Assembly (NCBI GenBank): GCA_964035545.1
Contig: OZ037765.1
Location: 30,565,504-30,629,503 of the forward strand
Source of the DNA: Bugula neritina
Taxonomy: Eukaryota > Animalia > Bryozoa
Direction: 5' to 3'
DNA length: 64,000 nucleotides
Positions 48,301 to 60,272 of this stretch are shown piece after piece. The notes under the pieces are model-generated. The model was not told the DNA's origin and did not search any database. It saw nothing but the letters and a program-made list of their open reading frames with translations. A program made the position numbers and the translations under genes. The stretch's first letter is position 1; each line of letters opens with the position of its first letter.

Positions 48301-51300
48301 CAGGTAGGCAAGCATTTTTGGATAAAAATAGATTGTAATATTTTTCTAATAATTTTGACAGTATTTTCTTTAATTATTCTGCCAACTAACTTTATTTGAT
48401 TTTTAAAAAACCGTTCACTTGAGAGACTTTAATTGAAATATTTTTAATTTATAAGGATTTATTTTTTTTGTGGTAAGCTGTAAAGGAACAATTATGATTG
48501 AATGCTCTTCCTAACATCACCAATGGCCTTCACTGGGATTCGAACCACTAACATAGTGTTTACTAAGCCAGTACTTTAGGCACTAGACCACGGCTGCTAC
48601 CTTAATCTCTAATAATAGTTTCTTGTTATAAGTAGGATAATAAATATTCAACACTTTAACTGTCATTTAAATATTAAATGTGTAATACTAAAATAATGAA
48701 TCTCAAAGAAATGCAGTGATTATTCCAGTGAGTCACTGGTGACAAGAATTTGAATCCATGAAACAAGTTAATCACAGTTTACTAATTAGATATGTATCTT
48801 ACTCATATTATAATTTGTATAATATTAACGCCTCTATAATCTATACCACCATTACAGCCATACGCTTAAATGTGTCCATTTGTCATCTGTGACACACTAT
48901 TTAATAGAAATCGGTACTTAAATTTAATAAATACAACACCGAAGCTGGTTTATTATTATAGGATGGAAATGGTAGAGTGTTGGAGAAGTATGGTATCATC
49001 ACAAGAGAAGAAGAAAATGTAGTTCTTCAACAATTTGTCAGGTTCGCTGAAACTCGAAATCTCTCTCAAGAACTGCTAATTCAGGATACGAAATCTCTTC
49101 AGGTAGGTGTAGAGATCAATGTGTAGGGAGGACCACACATTCTTAAACCTACCCGCTCGGCAGAAATTAGAGATAGGTCGTACTCTATGCCGAAATGTTA
49201 ATGGCTCAGGAAATGAACACAATTTTTCCCTGTAAACATTAACACATGGAGTGACATTGCGCCAGTAATTAATTGCCTTGTTTTTCCAAATCAACATTAT
49301 TACACTCATCATCATAATACCTGTAAGACATTTATGGAGGATGTTACCTTTTAGTGATTATATTATGTGCATAAATATTCATATGCTTGAAGAATGAACT
49401 GTGTCTTGTGTGTACATAACAAAGTACTAACCTAATAGGGAACTTATTCAACCTTTTCTGTTGCTGCTTCTGGCACACTGATTGGAAAACATCATTAGTT
49501 CCTCACTTCATTTTTGTGCTTTTTATTTACAAAGTTTCCAATGTTTTTTTTTAAATGATTTTACTTATACAACTGCCAATTGCTTGTTATTTACAGGAAA
49601 ACAGTAATACACCCCAACTCAATCAGACTAAATCAGAATCAGACATTCGGAAGTTTATTGAAAGGAACAACATGGCGCTCATGCAGAATTATAACTTAGC
49701 ACTTCGACGAGCTTTCGACAACCCTCAATCTATTTTATCCGCCATGGGATCTAGTTTCCCACCCCACCTCAACCCCCTTGCTGCTGCCGCCACTGCTGCT
49801 CAGTTCAGCAGAGCCTTCCCTTCGACTAGTGGTATGATTCCAATGCCTACAGCAGGATATCCTCAAATCGCAGATCCGAAGGTTGAGCCCATAATAGCAT
49901 CAGAGCAATCACACAGGTAGAGTATAGTTACTAGAAAGTTCTAGAAGAATGTGTTACTTAATAGTCATTTACCAGCCCTACTACCCCAGCTCCAGTAATT
50001 AAATGCTAGTTACAGTATGCTGCCATACCATATCAATGAACAGCAATCCGCTGCGTCTGCACTGACCAACCTATTTATAACAACTCTAACCCCTCAAGAT
50101 GTAATAGTGGATAGCTTTGATTTATTACATAACCTGAACTTGTTAGTTACCAGAGTGACTGCATATAACTTTTTCCTTTATCTTCTTTCACAGGCGGACC
50201 TCAGCCGAACCGTATGATCTCACTAAGCGGAGTCCAGAATCTCATTCTAAATCATGTAGTCCATCTTCCTCAGTCTCAGCTGTCGGAGTGACAAACTCCA
50301 ACTCAACTAGTTTTCCTAAGCTCGCTGAATGGCATGGTGCTAAAGAGGAAATGAATGCTAACGGTGAGTTACCAGATAGAATTGAATAGCATGGCACTTT
50401 TGGGCTAGGAAGAGAACAGATTTATACACCAGCATTCTAACACGGCTTTTAAAGTGGATGCTGCTACTGCTACTGCTACTGCTACTGCTACTGCTACTGC
50501 TGCTACTGCTACTGCTACTGCTACTACTGCTTCTGCTACTGCTACTGCTACTACTGCTTCTGCTACTGCTACTGCTTCTGCTACTGCTACTGCTACTGCT
50601 ACTGCTACTGCTACTCCTATTGCTACTGCTACTGCTACTACTATTATATATGGTATATTTTATTTTCACTCCTATTAGTAGGGTAGAACAGCTATGAGTA
50701 ACGGTGAACTGCACTGACTGACCAAGTAGTACGTTGCATGCAAAACTTATGCTTGTTTGTGATCGCCAGCATGCAATTATCATATCAGATAAATAACAGC
50801 ATACATTTAATTTACTTCCATGGAAATTCTTATACATGATGAATAATTTGTTCTTATTTCGTATATATTTTTTTCAACCTCTTGCAATGGCTATTACAAC
50901 TCAGTTGTTTTGCAGATATTTCTGTGAGCAATATGATGAAATCAGGATCACCTCCCCCTGTTACAATGAGGCGGTCAGCTTCTCCGCCACCATCTAAACA
51001 AACATGGCCGTTTAACAATCCGGCATTTGGTCAAACTGTGTATGTAACAACAAGCGGAAAGAAAAGGGTGTTATGTACAGCTTGTAACAAAACCTTCTGT
51101 GACAAAGGAGCCCTGAAGATTCACTACAGCGCTGTTCATTTGAAGGTACTCTTCCCAAAAGGCATTTCGTATTTCACCTCTTACATATCATTTGCTTTTC
51201 CATATTTAAATTTTAGACAAAATGATAATTATCTGTGCAGTTTAAAAGCCAAAATATTTTAATTTATAAAACTTGCAGGAAATGCACAAGTGCACAATTC

Positions 51301-53398
51301 CCGGTTGCAACATGATGTTTAGTTCAAGACGAAGTCGTAACAGACACAGTGCTAATCCTAACCCCAAACTGCATACACCTCAGACAAGAAGACCGCGGGA
51401 GAGATATGACCCAGGTATTTTATACACATATAATCTCTTGGAAAACTAACGCTTTGGTACTTTGGTACTTGGAGAAGACTGCATACTTCTAACCTAATTA
51501 CAACTGTAAGTTTTGCAAGAATAGAGTTTGTATAACAATATTTTCTAAATGATTTAGCTCAAACTTGACGAGCAAATGAAATGTGTTTAGAACAAGATCG
51601 CATGCTGGCTATGATGGGAATGCGGCAAGGACCGAAGTTAGAGAATGATTGCGATAGTTTGGTGGGAGAAGGAGAGCTCATTGATATGTCTGCCCATGAA
51701 AAGACGCAGGATTCAATGCAGGCCTCTGATGAAGAACATCATGATGCTGGATTTGTGGAGAATGATGACAGTGAACTAGTGGAAGAACTGCCTACTCAGG
51801 TAAAGGTATGGGAAGGATTTATGTCTTTTATAGATGTGAACCTTCAACAAATCTTTTGCATGCAGCATGAAGGTTGTTTCACTTTACTTTTGTGTCGTCT
51901 TGATTTAATAATTACATTATTAATAACTATTTTCACAATGCGTAATTAATTTTCATTAGGTTGCTTGCTTTCAAAAATTGTGTATCTGTTTAACTTATTA
52001 AGTATATTTAATTTGACCATGACTCTATCTGTGGGAAGAAAAATTTCTTGTTTTTAGTTAGTGCTACCTACTTGTAGAGCTATTAAATTGCCCAGTTAAA
52101 CCAATATTAAATAAGGTTTTAAAACAACCTGGTTACAAATGAATTTTGGAAAACATGTAGTTTAGAACTAGATAATGGTAACATCATCAGCTTAAATATG
52201 GCTGATCATTACAGCTTATAATCATCTTAACATAATACTTATTACTAAAATTTACCTAATCCAATTTACGATAACCGAAACTCTGAACATTTCTTATGTA
52301 TTTTCTCATGATAAGACAAAAATGGAGCACCTGTTTTAAAGTGCAAGTAATTAAAAGTGTAATATATTATCATAATGTAGAAATTTTATACACCTCCATT
52401 TAAATTGTCAATGCCCATTAATTGACTTTTATCTACTGTATTAGGTGACTTTAATCAAATTTAGTCAATTATTTAGAGTATAATATTAATTTTTTGCATG
52501 TTTATTGCATTTATTATGAAACACGCTACGTCAAATGCCTGCGTTATGAAATATACTACTCTGAATTCTTTTATAGGTGAAACAAGATGGCTCACTTTAC
52601 AGAAATAATAAAAGAAAAAGATTGATGCCTACAAAAGTGCCTACATCTTCGTCTCAAGCATCAGTAGATGATGACATTGGATCAGTAAAAAAGCTAAAAG
52701 AAGAAAACGCAACCATTGAAAATGACACGGAAGCCGAAAAGCCGCCAAATGAAGTGAGCAGAGAACCGGGTGAAGTCCGTAGTTCAAGGTCACCAGTAGA
52801 GCCTGGTGAAGTTGTGCGACCAGAAAATGGAGAGGAAAATGCTGCCAAGTTCATGTCAAAATTTCCGATGACCAACACTGACAAGGTTTCAGTTATGCAG
52901 TCTTTACTGTCTTCATTTCTGCCTCCAACTGCTGACAATCAGAACAATGCATTCTGGTCAAGTTTTATCCAAAAGACGGCGGCTGCTGCTGCCGCCCAGA
53001 ATGCTACACTGAGTCAGGAGCTGAATGTGGAAGACAACTCCGACGATGAATCTACATGCTCAGAGAAAGTGGATGACAGCGATAAACAACAACAGCTATA
53101 TAAGTGTACAATAGATGGCTGTCAGTCGTCTTTCAGCACTGAAAAAAATAGAAATTTACACTCAATGAATTTAAAATTACATCGGGCAATGTTAGAAAGT
53201 AACGCTAGCATGATTGATTGTGACACTAGCAACCAATCTCAAAGAGACTGTATATTCTGTGATAAATCTTTTCCGTCAGGTGAAATATTAGCTAAGCATA
53301 TTCACGCAGTTCACCAAGGACAAGAACCAATGTATAATGATCAAAACTTTTCAACTCAAATTGATTCGCTCAAAAATAAGACTCCAGTTATTGCGTAA
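42329..53398 (+). CDS. BNC2: Basonuclin / disconnected (disco) family zinc-finger transcription factor, ~800 aa
   Basis: Exons 42329-42358 (or alternative first exon 43686-43778), 43871-43973, 48059-48303, 48962-49102, 49597-49916, 50194-50363, 50916-51145, 51279-51414, 51591-51799 (or 51805), 52577-53398. Hallmarks: [14 protein letters not shown]...[24 protein letters not shown]...LDRLFS...[15 protein letters not shown], and [61 protein letters not shown]. Likely a single invertebrate homolog of BNC1/BNC2. Confidence 0.93.
48491..48598 (-). mobile_element. tRNA-derived SINE (family copy 2)
   Basis: Minus strand AGCAGCCGTGGTCTAGTG...GGTTCGAATCCC (perfect B box)...CATTGGTGATGTTAGGAAGAGCATTCAATCATAAT, homologous to 16549-16660. 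Confidence 0.82.
50459..50645. repeat. (GCTACT)n hexamer microsatellite, intronic
   Basis: About 30 units inside the basonuclin intron 50364-50915; source of the poly-AT/L/S pseudo-ORFs. Confidence 0.96.
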
Positions 53399-56300
53399 GT
53401 GTGGAAAAGATGATTGAGAATGCTCAGCAAGATAGTATTAAGTTAACCTCTACAGCCTCTCCCTTGGGTGACAGGGGATTATGGTGTTGCAACATAGTAT
53501 AGACAATGAATATTACTCTCCGGATTAAAGTTAAGTACTTTGAAATAATAACCACTGCTATAATTATTATATAAAGCAGTTATTTATTTATAATAGTATT
53601 ACAGAGTTTGTCACCATTTGTTATAGCTAATTATATTATTGTAGTATTATTAACCATTAAGATATTGCAATTATATTTATATTTTTTTGTTTCAACTAGT
53701 ATTGTTAGCTCAGAATTTTCATGCCAAGATAAATTCAAATTCGTTGCTAAAAGATTATTATTTTTTGTTAGAAAAAACTATTTATTTTTGGTTTGTTGTA
53801 AAATAGGTCTAAATCTCTTTGATCATCAAATATTCTGGTACAGAGGCTAGGTTTTGTTACCAATGTCAAGGACAGAATTATACACTAACATGATATTTAC
53901 TAAATTTATTTGGTGCTTTGCTCGATTTTGAGCTGTAATTGTGTCTGGTCACAAGATGCCACATATGACTAACTTACCCACAAGATTGGCACACTGAAGC
54001 TATTAGCTCTTCATGTGATACATATTATACGGTATCATTTTGTTTTTTACTTTAGACATAACTTTCACATTACGACAATAAATTATGATATAAAATACAG
54101 GTTGACTTAAATCAATGTTTTGAAATACTTTAATAACTTTTCGTGACAGTAATGGTGAAGATGTAATAAAGCAGGGATTTTATATACTATATAATATGAT
54201 ATATCTTTTAATATTTTCTAATCTTAAAACAGCTGTTATATATACTAGGAAACCTGGATTAATATCTTAGCCAAAATATAGCAAAACAAGTCTCTAAATA
54301 CTTATTCGTATTTATACTTGCATTTAGGTGAACATAATGGAGCAAAACCTGTGTATTGGTTGTTGATGTTATTATATGTGAATTAAATATACTATATATA
54401 GGCCATTCATGCAGTAAGATAACTTTACATCCATCAAAATATTCCTAAATTTAAACAGATGACTGCAGTTTATAATAATAAAACAATAATCTGAATACAA
54501 AACATTCACTTTTAAACAAAATAATTATTATCTTTTAAAATGCACGCAGAAGTCATAACTAAAAAGTAATAATTATGCTAATTAATAATATTGCAATAGG
54601 TTGCATAAGCATAGAGGAATAAATTATAGTTATTGGGCAGGAGCTAGTGCAAATGACTTCTAAACTGTTAGGAAAATAGTAATATAGTTGTATTGGGCTA
54701 CTCAAATTCACTATAGAACAGTTGTTGGCCAATTATACAAACCAATATCTATTCATTACTTATACATATAAGATTTATTTTTTGATTAACAACTATTCCA
54801 ATAAAATAATTGTACTATAATTTTAAAAGTTTTTATGTTATTGTAGTAATAAAAGTTAATTATGCATGCTTGATTGGAAGAAGAATTATGTCATAATCCA
54901 TGCAGTAAATACACCATTCTATGATTGAGATCTCCACGCACTCACCACAAACATTTTATGAATTATATTGTATGCATAATTTAGAAGTTGCAGTTGTTTT
55001 GGTAAATATGTGCCAATTGTATGAAATGTAATTTCAGTTGAGCTATTGTTTAAAAATAGTGAATACTAGTAATGCCTTATTCAGAATTTAACTTCTTGTT
55101 TTTATAAAAGAACTACTAGTATAGTTTCTAATATTCCAAAGGTTATGTGTTAAATTTATTAACTTGTATTTTAAATGGTTATGAACAGCCAATGATTTTC
55201 AGTACACATGCAAGAAAAGAGTTTTATTTAACATAGAGAAGTTAGTAATGACTATGTATGTCTATCCTTTTTTTTCAGTTAAGCAATTGATTACTTGACC
55301 AATTTCCTTTTACTGTTTAGCTGCAGTAAAAGGTTTGAAAATTATAACATTAAAACCAAAATCTCAAGCCTAAAATAATGATATAAATCTAAAACTTTTA
55401 AGAACACATTAGCATGGGTTATGGAAGGTGAACCCTGTATTTACCCCAAATCACTAAAGCCCCCCCCCCTTGGTCTCTGCAATAACCTATTTTAGCTATA
55501 TTCACTTGTATGTTGCCAGCACAGCTAAAAGTCTATTAGATTATCTAGGCCCGCAGTTTCTTTGCATCTTGCAGAGTAAGCTCACGTCTATAGAGCTTTT
55601 CCTCTTTATGAGGTTGGTTTAATAGTGTAGCAGTTATGCATGTAAGCAAGTATTTGTTACATGGGTCTACTGTTCGCTTGATGAATACTATTTTATAGAT
55701 CTAATAAGAATAGTAGCTTGATAAATAGTAGTGGTAAATAGAGGTTGGTATTTATATTCATACTATTTAGAATTAGTAACATAATATTATATAATCTAAA
55801 CACAAACTTTCAAATATAGTGTAATACTACAATATACTGAAAGTTGCAGTCGTAATATATTTTTAATTTCAATTCAATCTCATTGAGTTGTACAAAATTC
55901 TATCAAGTAAGGATTGTATAGGCAAACTAGATATTATATATTATGGTGGCTACATAAACACATTTAGGAGCAGTAGTGGAGAAATTGAGATAGCCTAAGT
56001 TCTTTAAATTTCTTTATACATTTTGGTTTGGGGCGCAGGTTGAAATTATCCCAAGAACATAACTTCTTATACTACATTTCTAATCTAGAATACAGGCTTT
56101 TCTCAATTTCTCCATTACAGCACCTACCACCATAAACAAGCCTTTACTACGTTTGTAAGACAACATAATGCCTATTTATATATCTATTAATTTTGTGCAA
56201 AAACTGTCACATTATTTTCCAATTTTCCAAAGGGTGATTCTGCCATCATGTAATATTAAAAACAGCACCAGAAGAAAAATGGCAAATTTTTAGATCAAAG

Positions 56301-56985
56301 GTAACCCCAAATTACCAATTAAGTGAGAAACTGTTGGCATAATTTTATGCTTTTACTGCACACCCGCCATAGCCTTAAATTCTTGGCTTACTTAAATGTA
56401 CATTTATATTAGTTAATATAAACATTCTATAAATCATTCATAGGTGTGTATATTAGCTAATTTTGGCTATCTTTTATAATTTGATTTAGCATATCTAATG
56501 GGATAAAAGTCATATTAGAGAAACACTATTAGGATTTGCCAGTACATTGTGTGTAGAGAAAGACTTTTGATGATACTAATTTTTAACCCTGCTTAATCAA
56601 TGGATAGTCAACTAGTGTAAATAAATATTATACTCGTATTGTAAAATGCATTAAACCACACAATTCATTTAAACCTACCAGCCTATCAAATATATGGAGT
56701 TTTTTCTTTGCAGCAAGTAACTGAATAAACTAACTGCAATTAGAGTATTTCATTGTATATATTTGTGGGACAGAATACATGGATATGTATCATTATTATA
56801 TTACAAGTTATATACATTTCATTGTATGGAGGTAAAAACTTGTGGGTTACCAAACTATTGTTTATAAACATAAGCCAAGGATGACAACTCCACAATGTAA
56901 ACTAAAACAACTGCCAAATAAAGCAACTGCTGTCATGGAAACCGATGGTAAACAAATTGTAGCATATATACATTAATATATCACA

Positions 56986-58873
56986 CTAGTCATTGTCTGC
57001 CGGTATTTCCCAGAGATATACACAACCAAGACTAGCACTTAGCAACTTTTCTTCAGTTGGATGAAACGAAATAGAGTGGACAACTCTATAGTCATGCTGC
57101 AATTTACTAATAATTTTCCCAGTAATCAAGTCCCAGATATAGACAGCAGAATCCTCAGAGCCACTGTAGATATAGTTATCTTTACTGTTCATGCAGCATT
57201 CGAGTTTATATTCACTATTAGAATGGCCAGAGAATTCATTGAGTAACTTCCCAGTATCGTTGTCTATAAGCCTTATTGCATCACCTTGTAGACCGGCCAG
57301 AGTGCATTGTGAGTCTTTGGTGAATGTGGCACAGGATATTGGACCACCCAAATAATCGGAGTACATGAACCCCAGTCTAATGTCATACCTGCAAGAGCAC
57401 AATACTGAACTTCAGTATACAGAAGGATAACAGGATGGTCAGAGGGTTATGAGTTGGTGAAGGAGCAACAGGAGGGTAGTGAGAGGGTAGGTAGGACTTG
57501 TGAAAGGGTAGAGATAAAGTAATGAAGAAGTAGTAAAAAAGACGGTAAATGGGCAGTGAAGGGGTAATAAAAAGAGTATACTTTATATTTCTCTGTGTTA
57601 AATATAAACTAACATTGATTGAAATAGTATAAGAGTACTCATTAAATGCAATAGTTTAATACCTAAATTATCTATAAAGAACAGGAGCAAAAACACATGC
57701 AGCATGCTGTGATTGAATGCATACAGCAGATTCGAAAAGTGGTAGAACGAATCACACAAAATACTAAACATAGTTAAAAAAAGAATAAGATAAACTAAAT
57801 GTGAATGATAAAGTTTGAAATTTCATGAAAGTGCAACAAAATGACCTAGCAGTCACTTTTCATGCTTTTTGAAAATATTTAATAAGACACATTCATTTGG
57901 TAAAATTATTTCAAATTTTCAAACATGACAATACAGCAGCATACTTGAATATTAGCAGCAGATAAGAAATTTACTAGACTAACCGCCGTATGCACGCATC
58001 AGCTGATCCAGTCAGAATCTGAGAGTCAGTAACATACAGTGACGTCACGTTGTCTTTGGCCTCATTCATAGTCTGGATGGGTTCATATGATCTGCTGCGA
58101 AGGTCCCACACTTTACACGTTCCATCCACAGATGCAGAGAAGAGTAGAGTAGATTCTGCGTTGAACTTTACTGTGTTCACCTAAACAGGGGATATGAAAC
58201 GTGACTCAGAATATCGCATTATTGTGTGACATAACTTACCAAGGAAACCAATTCCGAGTAAGTTGATCACATGCCTAATTCCCAATCTAAATTTTTTTCA
58301 AGAAAAAATTGATTCAGCAATCCTGCAACAGGTTTTTGACAAGAAAACCCCATCAGCTAGATCTGTAACTTCGTTCTACACGCAGAAGAAAATTGAAATC
58401 AATACAATTAGTATTTAAACTACCGTTTAGTTTTATCAATAGGGCAGAATATTGTCATATACCTTGTCATCATGGGCTCTAATTTTTCTAATAACTTTTC
58501 CAGTTGAGACATCAGTAAGAAAAACTTTTCGATCTAAACCAGCCGTAGCAAACTTGCCATTGTCATGTGATGCAACAACATCTAATATCTCCGAGCCATG
58601 AATGCTAAAAACATAAAGTATGCAGCTCTTAAAATTTTGAAAAATGAAAAACAACACATTTCACAGAAAGTCACGGAAATGTACAAAACATCAAAACAAT
58701 AGATTTATAGGTGTTGCTTACTTTTTATAAGATTTGATTAAAAGCTGGCGAGTTGGGTTCCATAGTTTAAGTGTTTTGTCACTTCCACAAGTGAGCATAT
58801 AATTTCCATCATGATTAAATCGAACACTTCTTACTGCTCCATGATCCGTGTTAATAACTGCTGTTCGCTTCAT
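56986..58873 (-). CDS. WDR83: WD repeat protein 83 (MORG1), 297 aa
   Basis: Exons 58722-58873, 58463-58604, 57984-58180, 56986-57388 (894 nt). Peptides: GAVRSVRFNHDGNYMLTCGSDKTLKLWNP, VNTVKFNAESTLLFSASVDG..KVWDLRSRSYEPIQTMNEAKD, RYDIRLG...DTGKLLNEFSGHSNSEYKLECC. Confidence 0.95.
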
Positions 58874-60272
58874 TTTGTCAAGCCACTGCAAATAGCAATA
58901 AATATTTTACAAAATAAAAGAAATATTGGTCAAGACATATTGTCATTTGTTGGTTTGTTACAGTAAGTTCAAGATAACTTACATTATGCTGTTGAATAGA
59001 TGCTTGAAAAAAACCAAACTTAAATTGTGATATCAGATACTAAATAAAAAAGACTTGTCTACATCATAATCATTATTTAATAGGTTACACTGACATGCAC
59101 TTGAAAGTTTTCGACTTTGTTTGCTGAAATCACTGACTTACACAACTAATTGACTGAAAAACTTTGATTGACTTCAAAAAAGTGTTTTAAATTTTCGTAA
59201 ATCAAAGTCTAAAATGGAAATTTCTTAATTTAATTTTTAGTAACTCTACAAAGATAAATTTGCTGAATCATAATAATTTAAAAAAAGTAAATTTTTTTTC
59301 AGCCATAAATTATAACTTAATGCTGCTAGAAAAATTAATGACTGATGTAATTTAAATTTGATAGTATTACTATTAGTATTAAATTTATTTTTAATAAGTA
59401 TTACAATTATCATTATCATTATGACTATGGTAGTAGTCTAGTTAACCTACTCATAGTTCTAGTCAATGAATATGACAAAACATCAATTTGAAAAGGTAGA
59501 AGAAAGTTTTTATGCAACTTCTAATGCTAATGCTTGATCACATAAGCATACAGTAGACAGTAGTAGACGTAGTTGTGGACCGTTACACTTATTCTTAATC
59601 TTACTACCAGCATCACTATCAGTATGAGTATGGGTATCAATATCACTACCACTAATACTATGTCAATCTGCACAAACCACATAATGAATTATTCTACATT
59701 GAATATCATTATCAATATGTAAAAAAATATGAAAAACCACACAATCACATTGACTATTTTACTACAACTCTACCACTACCAGTACAATGCATGAAAAAAT
59801 ATATCATTACATACAGAATTAGAATAAAATCAACTTTTGCATTTGCTGTATTCAATTCTAACACTGCGAGAGCAAATAGATATTATATTATCTAATAACT
59901 TTAATATTATAATTTACTATAAGAATAACATCATTTACGCCGGAACTCTGAAATATGTAGCAATATTTGAGTGGCTACTACGAATTAGCAACTACTCTGA
60001 AAAAAATATACACCGCATTGGACAAATTGCGCTGTTAGCCTTTAAGATAGTTTTGGTTCAAGTAAATGCATTTTCAATTTTTTTGGAGGTATCAAAGTGA
60101 AAGTAATATATTTTATAATAACAAGTTTAATCACTTTAGTCCAACATGGTTTATGTTTGATATCATATGACAATTATGCCGTTAGATTTAAAGCTAACTC
60201 ACTGAATAAAATAATTTTTTGACGAAATGGCATAATAAAAACTACAATAATAAACTCAATATCAAATTCAAT
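58874..60272. promoter_or_regulatory. Bidirectional promoter region WDR83 (-) / PRKDC (+)
   Basis: Start codons are 1.4 kb apart in divergent orientation; a probable non-coding WDR83 exon donor lies at ~58982. Confidence 0.6.

Noticed and set aside
50358-50837. Poly-Ser / poly-Leu / poly-AT ORFs
   Set aside because: Translations of the intronic (GCTACT)n microsatellite.
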